A program made the translations under genes and the position numbers. The notes beneath the pieces were generated by a model. The model ran no database searches. It saw only the letters and a list, made by a program, of their open reading frames with translations, and had not been told where the DNA came from. DNA of 64,000 nt from an uncultured Pseudomonadales bacterium (GTDB lineage Bacteria > Patescibacteriota > Microgenomatia > UBA1400 > Chazhemtobacteraceae), in contig CAYQZQ010000002.1 in NCBI GenBank assembly GCA_964422035.1, positions 1,612-65,611 on the forward strand, written 5' to 3'. Positions 27,396 through 36,700 of the stretch are shown in pieces; position 1 is the first letter of the stretch, and the number at the start of each line of letters is the position of its first letter.

Positions 27396-28406
27396 ATGAC
27401 TAAAGATATACAGAGAGTACTATCAGGGATTAAGCCTACTGGGAGCAATTTGCATATTGCAAATTACTTTGGGGCGGTGAAACCTCACATCAAGTTGCAG
27501 GATGAGGTTGATGAAGCCTTTTATTTTATTGCTGATTTGCATGCTTTGACTACGGTGCAGGATAGAAAGAGACTAGAAGAGAATATCAGGTCAGTAACGC
27601 TTGATTATCTGGCTTTGGGACTAGATCCTGACAAATGTGTGTTTTTCAGACAGTCTGATATTGCAGAGCATGGTCAGTTGGCAGCGATTTTGGCTAATTA
27701 TGTATCTTTGGGAAGAATGAAGAGGATGCACGCTTACAAGGATATTGTTGAGGATGGAGCAGAGCAGGAATCAATTAATATGGGTCTATTTAATTATCCG
27801 ATTTTGATGGCGGCTGACATTCTGCTTTATAAACCTGATGGGGTGCCGGTAGGCGATGATCAGAGACAGCACGTTGAAGTGACAAGAGATATAGCTCGAA
27901 GATTTAATCATGTCTATGACAGAGAAGTTTTTCCGGTTGTCGAGCTAATGGTTGAGAAGAGGGCTCAAAGAATTATTGGAACAGATGGAGAAAATAAAAT
28001 GAGCAAGTCAAAAAATAATATTATTGAGATATTTGCTGACGAGGAAAAAATTAAGGATCAAATTATGAGTAGTTATACTGATCCGAATCGTATGAAAGCC
28101 AGTGATCCGGGAACGGTGGAAGGGAATCCGGTATTTGTTTATCATGATTTGATGAATGATGATAAAGAGGAGGTTGAAGATCTTAAGGAGAGATATAAAA
28201 AGGGGAAAGTGGGAGATGTTGAGGTGAAAGAGAAGTTGTTTGCAGCTCACAAGAGATTATTTGAGGGCGCAAGAGAGAAAAGAGAAGAGCTGGAAAAATC
28301 TGGAAATGTTGATGAAGTTTTAAAGAAGGGTAGTATGAGAGCTGGAAAAATTGCTAAAAAGACGATGAGTGAAGTTTATGAAACTATTGGAGTTAATTTA
28401 AAATAA
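27396..28406 (+). CDS. trpS: Tryptophan--tRNA ligase
   Basis: LSGIKPTG, LHIANY, YPILMAADIL, VPVGDDQ.QH, KMSKS. Confidence 0.96.
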   Translation: MTKDIQRVLSGIKPTGSNLHIANYFGAVKPHIKLQDEVDEAFYFIADLHALTTVQDRKRLEENIRSVTLDYLALGLDPDKCVFFRQSDIAEHGQLAAILANYVSLGRMKRMHAYKDIVEDGAEQESINMGLFNYPILMAADILLYKPDGVPVGDDQRQHVEVTRDIARRFNHVYDREVFPVVELMVEKRAQRIIGTDGENKMSKSKNNIIEIFADEEKIKDQIMSSYTDPNRMKASDPGTVEGNPVFVYHDLMNDDKEEVEDLKERYKKGKVGDVEVKEKLFAAHKRLFEGAREKREELEKSGNVDEVLKKGSMRAGKIAKKTMSEVYETIGVNLK

Positions 28407-28449
28407 TAAATTTTGGTAAAAGAGGCTGAGAGGTGATAAGATAGGAGGC

Positions 28450-30324
28450 GTGGCGGCACAAAAGAAGAAAATTCCAAATGTTCCTAAAAAAAAGATGGAG
28501 TTGAAGTTTAATTTCAATTTAAAGAAGCTGTTGATTTGGGGATTGATATTGATGTTGTTTTTCCCTTTTGTGGTGAGTCTATTTGATCCGACAGCCTTTT
28601 TGGAGGAGATTAGTATTTCGCAAGCTATATCTGATGTAAAGCAGGAGAAAGTTGAAGAGATTAAGTTGCAAGGAGACAAGCTGGTTTTAAGTTATGGAGA
28701 TGATGAAGTGAAAGTTTCGAGAAAAGAAGAGGGGGTAAGTATGGTGGAGATTTTACAGAGAGAGGAAATAGATCCGGCCAAGATTAATATAGAAGTTGGC
28801 TCTCAGGCGCTGGGAGAGACGGTGACAGCTTTGTTGGTTAATATTTTGCCAATTGTTGGTTTTGGAGCAATTTTATATTTTATGATGCGGCAGTCTAGAG
28901 GGGCACAGAGCGGTTTGTTTGGTTTTGGAAAAAGTAAGGCAAAGTTGTTTTCAAAAGGTAAGCAGGATGTAACTTTCGATGATGTAGCAGGTGTTGATGA
29001 GGCAAAAAATGAGATGGAGGAAGTGGTAGATTTTTTGAAGAATCCTAAAAAATACAAAAAGGTGGGAGCTAGGACACCCAAAGGTGTACTTTTGATTGGT
29101 CCTTCTGGTGTTGGTAAAACTTTGTTGGCTCGGGCAGTAGCTGGTCAGGCGGATGTGCCCTTCTTTTCGATGGCGGGATCAGAGTTTATGGAAATGTTGG
29201 TAGGTGTGGGAGCATCAAGAGTGAGAGATTTATTTGAAACAGCTAAAAAAGCTGGTCCTTCGATAATTTTTATTGATGAATTGGATGCTATTGGCAGAAA
29301 GAGAGGTGTTGGGTCTATGGGAGGTCATGATGAAAGAGAGCAGACTTTAAATCAGATTTTGGTAGAAATGGATGGTTTCACACCAAATGATCAAGTGGTC
29401 ATTATTGGAGCAACAAACAGACCTGATGTACTGGATCCGGCATTGGTGAGACCTGGAAGGTTTGATAGAAGAATATCTTTAGACCTGCCGGATATTGAAG
29501 GAAGAAAAGAAATTTTGAAGATTCATGCAAAAGGGAAACCTTTCGATGATGAAGTAGATTGGGAAGTGATAGCTAAGAGAACGGTTGGTTTCTCGGGTGC
29601 TGATATAGAGAATATGTTGAATGAGGCGGCAATTCTGGCGGCTAGACGGAGTAAAGATGAGATTGATATGGATGATATCAGCGAGGCAGCTTTGAGAGTT
29701 AAGTTAGGTCCAGAGAAAAGGAGACTACAAAGTGATTATGAGAGAAAGTTAACAGCCTATCATGAGGGTGGACATGCAGTGGTTGGGCATATGTTACCAG
29801 GTGCAGATCCGGTACATAGGGTGAGTATTGTTTCGAGAATGAGAAGTTTGGGGCAGACTTTGGCAATGCCGGATAGAGATAAATATCAGCAGACGAGAGA
29901 AGAGTTGGTTGATCAGTTGGCTATGGTGATGGGAGGCAGGGCGGCAGAAAATCTAATTTTTGATGAGATGACAGTAGGGGCGGCGAGTGATATTGAAAAA
30001 GCAACTAAGTTAGCACGCAAGATGGTGGTTGATTGGGGTATGACTAAGTTGGGTCCGATTGCTTTGGGGCCGATGTGGCAGTCAACTGAATGGGGACGAA
30101 GTTATATGGAGCCGGTACAAATCAGTGAAGAGATGAAGGGTGAAGTGGATAAGGAGATTAAAAAATTGGTTGATGCGGCCTTGAATAAAGCAGAGGAGGT
30201 TTTGAAGGATAACAGAGACAAGTTGGATAAATTGGTTGATGTTTTATTGGAAAGAGAGACTGTAGAGCTGGAGGAGTTTAAGGACATCATGGGGGTTGAC
30301 AAGGCTAAGAAGGAATATGAGTAA
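28450..30324 (+). CDS. ftsH: ATP-dependent zinc metalloprotease FtsH
   Basis: Two TM helices, GPSGVGKT, IFIDELD, SRH (ATNRPDVLDPALVRPGRFD), HEGGH. Confidence 0.97.
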   Translation: MAAQKKKIPNVPKKKMELKFNFNLKKLLIWGLILMLFFPFVVSLFDPTAFLEEISISQAISDVKQEKVEEIKLQGDKLVLSYGDDEVKVSRKEEGVSMVEILQREEIDPAKINIEVGSQALGETVTALLVNILPIVGFGAILYFMMRQSRGAQSGLFGFGKSKAKLFSKGKQDVTFDDVAGVDEAKNEMEEVVDFLKNPKKYKKVGARTPKGVLLIGPSGVGKTLLARAVAGQADVPFFSMAGSEFMEMLVGVGASRVRDLFETAKKAGPSIIFIDELDAIGRKRGVGSMGGHDEREQTLNQILVEMDGFTPNDQVVIIGATNRPDVLDPALVRPGRFDRRISLDLPDIEGRKEILKIHAKGKPFDDEVDWEVIAKRTVGFSGADIENMLNEAAILAARRSKDEIDMDDISEAALRVKLGPEKRRLQSDYERKLTAYHEGGHAVVGHMLPGADPVHRVSIVSRMRSLGQTLAMPDRDKYQQTREELVDQLAMVMGGRAAENLIFDEMTVGAASDIEKATKLARKMVVDWGMTKLGPIALGPMWQSTEWGRSYMEPVQISEEMKGEVDKEIKKLVDAALNKAEEVLKDNRDKLDKLVDVLLERETVELEEFKDIMGVDKAKKEYE

Positions 30325-30338
30325 AGTATAATAATTTT

Positions 30339-31307
30339 ATGGCAGAAGACGAAAAAAAGTTGGTTTTAATTGATGCAATGAGTTTGTTGCATCGAGCCTA
30401 TCACGCATATCCCCAAAGTCTAAGTACAAAAGAAGGTGAGTTAACAAATGCAGTGTATGGATTTACTAGTATGTTGTTGTCGGTGATGGAGAAGCTGAAA
30501 CCTACTCATATGGCTGTAGCCTGGGATGTTGGTAAGCCAACTTTTAGACATGATGAGTATGAAGGATATAAGGAAAGTAGAGAAAAACCTGACGAAGAAC
30601 TGTTGGGTCAGATAGAGAGAACAGAGGAAGTAGTTGGTGTGTTGAATATTCCCCAGTTTGGATTGGAGGGGTATGAGGCGGATGACTTGATTGGCTCGTT
30701 AAGCAAGCAGGGAGCAGATGAGAAAGATGCGGAGGTGGTAATAGTAACGGGAGACAGAGATGTCTTGCAGTTGGTTGAAGATGACAAGGTTAAGGTATGG
30801 ATGCCGGCTGCGCCAGGTAGATATAGTAAGAACAGAGGGCCAAAAATTTATAATAAAGAGGCTGTGAAGGCCAAGTATGGTTTAGATCCTGAACAATTGA
30901 TTGATTTGAAGGCTTTAATGGGTGATAGTAGCGATGATATTCCAGGTATTAAAGGTATTGGTACGGTTACAGCGACGAAGTTGATGAAAAAATTTGGAAG
31001 TTTGGATAGTATTTATGAAGCATTAGAATCTGATGAGGGAAAAAAAGAAATTGAAGATTTGATTGGATCAAGATTTGCAGGTCTATTGGAGAAAGGCAGA
31101 GAAAGTGCTTATATGTCCCAGATGTTGGGTGAGATTAAACGAGATGTGCCGATTGAGCTTTCTTGGTTGGATTGTAAGGTGGTGGATTATGATAAAGACA
31201 AGGCGGGTGAGTTGTTTTCAAAATTGGAATTTAGGAGCCTCTTGAGTAAGTTGCCAGCTGATAGTTGGGATAAGGATTTGGAGGAGGTATTTTCAACAGA
31301 AGAATGA
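30339..31307 (+). CDS. Stand-alone 5'-3' exonuclease (DNA Pol I N-terminal domain)
   Basis: LIDAMSL.HRAYHA, TFRH..Y..YK..R, GYEADD, TGDRD, GDSSDDIPGIKGIG; ends without a polymerase domain. Confidence 0.9.
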   Translation: MAEDEKKLVLIDAMSLLHRAYHAYPQSLSTKEGELTNAVYGFTSMLLSVMEKLKPTHMAVAWDVGKPTFRHDEYEGYKESREKPDEELLGQIERTEEVVGVLNIPQFGLEGYEADDLIGSLSKQGADEKDAEVVIVTGDRDVLQLVEDDKVKVWMPAAPGRYSKNRGPKIYNKEAVKAKYGLDPEQLIDLKALMGDSSDDIPGIKGIGTVTATKLMKKFGSLDSIYEALESDEGKKEIEDLIGSRFAGLLEKGRESAYMSQMLGEIKRDVPIELSWLDCKVVDYDKDKAGELFSKLEFRSLLSKLPADSWDKDLEEVFSTEE

Positions 31308-32413
31308 AGATAGCTTTAGTTCATGACTATATTAAAGAGTTTGGGGGAGCAGAGAGGGTGTTGAGAGTTTTGGCGGATATGTATCCAGAAGCTCCAATAT
31401 ATACGGCTTTTTTAAAGAGAAACTCAGTGGCTTATGAAAAATTCAAAGATAAAGAAATAAATGAGAGTTTTCTGGGGCCTATTTTGAAGATATGGAAGTT
31501 ATATAGTCCTTTGAGGTTTTTATCTCCAATGATCTGGAGGAGCATGGACTTGTCTGATTATGATGTGGTGATAACATCAGCAAGCTGGTATATTACGCGA
31601 GGTTTTAAGACTAGTGAAAACACCAAGGTGATTTGTTATTGTCATACACCGCCAAGATATTTGTATGGGTATCAAACCAGTATTAATTGGCAAAAATATG
31701 GAGTAGTGCGATTGTATGCCAGTATTGTTAATTATTTTTTGAGGATTTTTGATTGGAATAGTGCTCAAGAAGTTGACCAGTGGGTAGTTAATTCTAAAAA
31801 TGTTAAGAAAAGAGTAAAAAAGTTTTATCGTCAAGACTCTCAAGTGATATATCCCCCTGTGGAAGTAAAAAGGTTTATCAAGGCAGCGGAAAAGGTAGAA
31901 AAAGAAAATTATTTTTTAATTGTGTCTAGATTAGTTGGAGGGAAAGGGTTGGAAGAAGCGGTTGAGGCGGCAACAGAGCTTGGTTTCAATTTAAAGATAG
32001 TTGGAAGTCAGGCTGGTTTTTCTAAAGTGGCGGAAAGTATCAAGAGACAGGCAGGAGAAAAGGTTGAGTTTTTAGGAAGAGTTGAGGATGATGAGCTAAC
32101 TGATCTGTATGCAAGAGCGAAGGGTTTTATTGCTTTGGCTAAGGAAGAGGATTTTGGAATAACACCGGTTGAGTCTATGGCGGCGGGTACGCCGGTAATT
32201 GCATATAAAGGGGGTGGTTTTAAGGAGACTGTTATTGATGATGAGACGGGAGTGTTTGTAACTGATACAAGTGTGGAAAGTTTGAAGGCAGCGGTTAGTA
32301 AGATAAATGGTAATGATTGGGACAAGAAAGCACTGCAAAAACAGGCTAAGAAATTTGGCAGAGAAAGATTTGAGAAAAAGGTAAGGGAAGAAGTAGGCAA
32401 GATGATGTCTTGA
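31304..32413 (+). CDS. GT4 family glycosyltransferase
   Basis: ALVHDY...GGAERV, YCHTPPRYLY, EEDFGITPVESMAAGTPVIAY. Confidence 0.92.
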   Translation: MKIALVHDYIKEFGGAERVLRVLADMYPEAPIYTAFLKRNSVAYEKFKDKEINESFLGPILKIWKLYSPLRFLSPMIWRSMDLSDYDVVITSASWYITRGFKTSENTKVICYCHTPPRYLYGYQTSINWQKYGVVRLYASIVNYFLRIFDWNSAQEVDQWVVNSKNVKKRVKKFYRQDSQVIYPPVEVKRFIKAAEKVEKENYFLIVSRLVGGKGLEEAVEAATELGFNLKIVGSQAGFSKVAESIKRQAGEKVEFLGRVEDDELTDLYARAKGFIALAKEEDFGITPVESMAAGTPVIAYKGGGFKETVIDDETGVFVTDTSVESLKAAVSKINGNDWDKKALQKQAKKFGRERFEKKVREEVGKMMS

Positions 32414-32426
32414 TATACTGTGGGGT

Positions 32427-33299
32427 ATGCCAGAGTTGCCCGAGGTAGAAACAATAGCTAGACAGTTGGATGAAAAATTGAGGGGGAAGAAAGTGGTTGA
32501 TATTGAGGTTTTAAGAGAAAGAAGCTTTAAGGGAAATGAGGATTTACTGGAGGGTAAGAAGATTGATGGTGTGAATAGGAGGGCAAAGTTATTGATAATT
32601 GAGTTTGAAGATTGGGACAGGGTGGTGTTGGTTCATTTGAAAATGACGGGGCAGTTTGTATGGAGGCCGAGTAATTGGGAGAAAGGGGAGTGGAGAGAGG
32701 AGTTAGCGGGCGGTCACCCAACTGATGATTGGTTAAATGAGCTACCAAGTTCTCATACTCGGGTAATGTGGAGTTTTGAGGATGATTCGAAGTTGTTTTT
32801 TAATGACATGCGTGTATTTGGATGGATGAAGATTGAGAAAGTTGAAGAATGGGAGAAGGAAAAGGAAAAAATGCCACCAGATGTAGTAGATAATGATTTT
32901 ACTTTGGAATATTTTAAGAGCTTTCTTTCTAGTACAAGGAGAATGGTGAAAACGGCAATTATGGATCAAAAAAAGATTGGAGGAGTAGGAAATATTTATG
33001 CTTGTGATGCTTTGTGGAAAGCTAAAATACATCCTGAGAGAAGGGCTAATAATTTGAGTGAGGAAGAGGTTGGGAGACTTTATGGCGCGATCGTGAGAGT
33101 GATAAATAAAGGTATTAAGATGGGTGGAGCTACTTATTCTGATTTTAAAGATACTCAGGGGTTGGGAGGAAGTTATCAAGATCATTTCTTGGTTTATGAT
33201 AGGGAAGGAGAGGAGTGTAAAAGGTGTAGAGAGAAAATTAAAAAGATAAAGGTAGGGGGGAGAGGAACATATTTTTGCCCTGTTTGTCAGTCTAAGTAG
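32427..33299 (+). CDS. mutM: Formamidopyrimidine-DNA glycosylase
   Basis: MPELPEVET, HLKMTG, H2TH GVGNIYA, zinc finger CKRC...RGTYFCPVCQ. Confidence 0.96.
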   Translation: MPELPEVETIARQLDEKLRGKKVVDIEVLRERSFKGNEDLLEGKKIDGVNRRAKLLIIEFEDWDRVVLVHLKMTGQFVWRPSNWEKGEWREELAGGHPTDDWLNELPSSHTRVMWSFEDDSKLFFNDMRVFGWMKIEKVEEWEKEKEKMPPDVVDNDFTLEYFKSFLSSTRRMVKTAIMDQKKIGGVGNIYACDALWKAKIHPERRANNLSEEEVGRLYGAIVRVINKGIKMGGATYSDFKDTQGLGGSYQDHFLVYDREGEECKRCREKIKKIKVGGRGTYFCPVCQSK

Positions 33300-33320
33300 C
33301 ATTGAGGTATAATTTAAGTA

Positions 33321-34382
33321 GTGAAGTTGAAGAAATTTAGTCTGAAAGATTTTCGAAATTATGAAGAGAGAGATATTGAGTTGGGTGAGGGTGTGACGGT
33401 AGTTTTGGGTCCTAATGCAGTTGGAAAAACAAATATTTTAGAAGCCATTAGACTGGTGTCAACTGGAAACAGTTTTAGGGCAAGCAGAATTGAGGAGATG
33501 ATCAGGTTTGAACAGGAGTGGGGTAAGGTTGAGGTTTTTATGGATGATGAAGATGATGAGGAAGTTAAATTAACGGTAATGTTGACAAGAGGAGAGTTAA
33601 AGGGAAAAAGAGTTAACAAACGCAGATATATGATTAATGATAATGGGAAGAGAAAAAAGGATTTTGTAGGAAGAATGCCGTCAGTTGTGTTTCGTCCTCA
33701 AGATTTAGACATGATTGAAGGGTCCCCGTATTTGAGGCGAGGTTGGTTGGATGATATGTTAAGCCAAGCAGAAGTTGGATATGAGAGAAGTTTGAAGTCA
33801 TACAACAAGGCTTTGAGAAGAAGAAATAAAATTTTGGAGGCAATAAGGGAGGGAGAGGCTAGCAAATATCAATTGACTTTTTGGGATGGGTTGTTGATTA
33901 AGCATGGTCAAGAGCTTATAGAGAAAAGAGAAGAACTGGTGAGTTATGTTAATGAAATCTTTCGCAAAAGTGAGTTATTTTCACAGTTGAAGCTTGTTTA
34001 TGATAAAAATGTGGTTAGTGAAAGAAGACTGGATCAGTATGAGAAAGAGGAGGTGGCGGCAGGTCATACTTTGGTTGGTCCCCACAAAGATGATGTAATA
34101 GTTTTGTCTTTGGATGATAAAGAGAGGGATTTGGGTATTTATGGTTCGAGAGGTGAACAAAGAATGTCTGTTTTGGGGATGAAGATGGGTGAGCTTTTAT
34201 TTTTAGAAGAAAAATTAAAAAGAGTACCAATTTTATTGTTAGATGATATTTTTTCAGAACTTGATGAAGAGCATAGTGGTGAGGTGTATAAGGTGATGAA
34301 GGGTAGGCAAGCAGTAGTTACTACCACAGATGAAGAAAGAGTGGGTGATTTTGATGAAAAAAGAGTTGTAAAATTAAAGTAA
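33321..34382 (+). CDS. recF: DNA replication/repair protein RecF
   Basis: DFRNY, GPNAVGKTNILEAI, GPHKDD, GSRGEQR, LLLDDIFSELD. Confidence 0.95.
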   Translation: MKLKKFSLKDFRNYEERDIELGEGVTVVLGPNAVGKTNILEAIRLVSTGNSFRASRIEEMIRFEQEWGKVEVFMDDEDDEEVKLTVMLTRGELKGKRVNKRRYMINDNGKRKKDFVGRMPSVVFRPQDLDMIEGSPYLRRGWLDDMLSQAEVGYERSLKSYNKALRRRNKILEAIREGEASKYQLTFWDGLLIKHGQELIEKREELVSYVNEIFRKSELFSQLKLVYDKNVVSERRLDQYEKEEVAAGHTLVGPHKDDVIVLSLDDKERDLGIYGSRGEQRMSVLGMKMGELLFLEEKLKRVPILLLDDIFSELDEEHSGEVYKVMKGRQAVVTTTDEERVGDFDEKRVVKLK

Positions 34383-35254
34383 TGAGAGAAATTTTTGATA
34401 AAGAAAAAATTAAGGACTTGTGGGTTCCTGATAGTGAAAGGTCTAAATTTGATGCGGGTCAGGTAGTTATTATTGGAGGAAGTCGGTTATTTCATGGAGC
34501 ACCATTTTTGGCTTTAAAGGCAGCTTCACGAATTGTAGATATGGTTTATTTTTCTAGTTTTGAAGAAGATAAAGAAGTAGCTAATAATATTAAAACTGGA
34601 CTATCCTCATTTATCTGGGTTACTCGCGAGGAAGTTGGAGAGTATATAGAAAAATCAGACGCAGTTTTGATTGGTCCTGGATTGATGCGCTATGAAAAGG
34701 AGGATGGTCAAAAAGGAGACAGGATTGATGGGGAAGGACGCAAGACTCGTGAGCTTACAAGGAAACTGCTGGAGAGGTATAAAGAAAAGAGATGGGTGGT
34801 TGATGGAGGGAGTTTGCAAGTGATAGAACCAGAGCTTATACCTTCAGGAGCTGTGGTGACTCCTAATCAGAAAGAGTTTGAGATGCTATTTGGGGAAAAA
34901 GTAGATGTGAAGAATGAAGATGAGATGGTTTTAAAAGCTTCAAATCAGGCGAGTCGGCATGAGTGTGTGGTGGTGTTGAAGGGACCATCTTCTGTTGTAA
35001 CTAATGGAGAAAAGAGTTATTTGATAAGGGGTGGAAGTTCTGGATTGGCAAAAGGAGGTACGGGTGATGTTTTAGCAGGCTTGATTGTGGGACTGATGGC
35101 TAGGAATGAGAGTGTTTTGGCGGCTTGTGTTGCAAATTGGTTAATAAAAAGAGCAGGTGAGAGGTTGGAAGAAGAAAGAGGAGAGATGTTTAATGCAGAT
35201 GATGTGGCAGACATGGTGACTTTAGTATGGGGAAAAGTTATGAGCTCTTTTTAG
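34382..35254 (+). CDS. nnrD: ADP-dependent NAD(P)H-hydrate dehydratase (YjeF C-terminal family)
   Basis: SKFDAGQVVIIGGS, IGPGL, TPNQKEF, LKG, GGTGDVLAG. Confidence 0.88.
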   Translation: MREIFDKEKIKDLWVPDSERSKFDAGQVVIIGGSRLFHGAPFLALKAASRIVDMVYFSSFEEDKEVANNIKTGLSSFIWVTREEVGEYIEKSDAVLIGPGLMRYEKEDGQKGDRIDGEGRKTRELTRKLLERYKEKRWVVDGGSLQVIEPELIPSGAVVTPNQKEFEMLFGEKVDVKNEDEMVLKASNQASRHECVVVLKGPSSVVTNGEKSYLIRGGSSGLAKGGTGDVLAGLIVGLMARNESVLAACVANWLIKRAGERLEEERGEMFNADDVADMVTLVWGKVMSSF

Positions 35255-35525
35255 GGTTTTTTAGTCGGTTTTGAATCCTGGTGAGCTGCAGAGTAACTAG
35301 AATGGCTAGAGTGGTGACTATGATGGCGTAGATAAGTAGTGAAATGATGTTAGCACTTTGGGGAAGATAAGGAGTAACGTAGGTTTTGATAAATTCTTTG
35401 ACAACTTCGTTCCAAGCTAAGGCGGCTACTAATCCGAAGGCTGAGGTGGCAAGGGAAAGTATTTGTTCGATAATGGACACGGGCAGACTTTTGAAGTTTT
35501 CTGGGGCTTTAATTTTTTGAGCCAT
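35238..35525 (-). CDS. DUF5654-like small membrane protein
   Basis: LATSAFGLVAALAWNE, YAIIVT; start at 35525 is 6 nt after TG-A-TAAAAT. Confidence 0.8.
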   Translation of the reverse strand: MAQKIKAPENFKSLPVSIIEQILSLATSAFGLVAALAWNEVVKEFIKTYVTPYLPQSANIISLLIYAIIVTTLAILVTLQLTRIQNRLKNPKKSS

Positions 35526-35584
35526 AAGCATATTTTATCAGTAGGCGGATTGATAATTCCTGCATAATTTGCAATAATTAGGGC

Positions 35585-36700
35585 ATGCTTGAGCCTGAGT
35601 ATCAAATAACGAATGAAATTTTGAAAAATATTGGTGTGATTGAGGCGGCAAAGGAGGTTATTAATAACGCTCCATTGGTGCCGGCTTGGGAAGCAAGATT
35701 TAAGGAAGAGGCAAGGGTAAAAACGGTACATTATGGCACACATGTTGAAGGTAATGATTTAACGTTTGAGCAGGCCCAGAAAATTGTTCAAGAAAAGTCA
35801 GAAAGAGATGAAAATGCTATGGAGGTGGCAAGGAGAGCCAGAGTGGTGGCTAGAGATAGAGATGTCCAAGAGGTAATAAATTATCGCAATGTGTTGGATT
35901 ACATTGATAGGAAAGTGAAAGAGTCTAGGGAGTTAGAAAAGGATGGGTTTGAATACACTAAAAGGCAAATGTTGGAGATGCATGCTCTAAGTGTGGAAAA
36001 GATTATGTCAGTTGATGAGGTGGGTGTTTTTCGTGATAAGCAAGTAGTTATTAGAGGAGTTAGAAAGGGCGATATTGTAAGGAGGCCGCCTAACGCAGTC
36101 GAGGTTCCTTATCAAGTTGAAGCATTTTTTAAATGGCTTAATAGTGAGGAAGCCAATAAGATACATCCGGTTTTAAGAGCAGGAATAGTTCATTATGAGT
36201 TATCCAGAATTCATCCATTTACAGAAGGTAATGGAAGGACGGCAAGAGGAATGGTTTTGCTTTTGTTGGCGATTGAGAACATTGATGCTAGAAGATTTTT
36301 TAGTATCGAAGAACATTTTGATAAGAATATAGTTGACTATTACGATGCTTTTATAAAAGTGGAAGAAGCGGGGGGAGAGATGACAGAGTGGTTGGAGTTT
36401 TTTAGTAAAGCTTTGGCAGTTGAGATGGAAAAGGTTAAAGAGAGAATAAAAAGAATTTCTATGGATAGTAGATTAAGAGGAAAGATGGGAAAACAAGTAG
36501 CTTTGAAAGAAAGGCAGATTAAGCTGATTGAGTATTTGGAGTCACATGAATGGTTGAGGATGAGTGAGGCAAGAAAAATCTTGCCGATGGTAAGTGATGA
36601 TACAATCTTGCGTGATATTAAGGATTTAATGGATAAGGATTTATTGAAGAAAAAGGGGAAGACTAAAGGTGCTCGTTATGCGTTAAAATCATTATCATGA
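35585..36700 (+). CDS. Fic domain protein with C-terminal winged HTH
   Basis: Canonical HPFTEGNGRTAR; N-terminal GTHVEGN inhibitory-helix-like motif; VSDDTILRDIKDL HTH. Confidence 0.92.
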   Translation: MLEPEYQITNEILKNIGVIEAAKEVINNAPLVPAWEARFKEEARVKTVHYGTHVEGNDLTFEQAQKIVQEKSERDENAMEVARRARVVARDRDVQEVINYRNVLDYIDRKVKESRELEKDGFEYTKRQMLEMHALSVEKIMSVDEVGVFRDKQVVIRGVRKGDIVRRPPNAVEVPYQVEAFFKWLNSEEANKIHPVLRAGIVHYELSRIHPFTEGNGRTARGMVLLLLAIENIDARRFFSIEEHFDKNIVDYYDAFIKVEEAGGEMTEWLEFFSKALAVEMEKVKERIKRISMDSRLRGKMGKQVALKERQIKLIEYLESHEWLRMSEARKILPMVSDDTILRDIKDLMDKDLLKKKGKTKGARYALKSLS

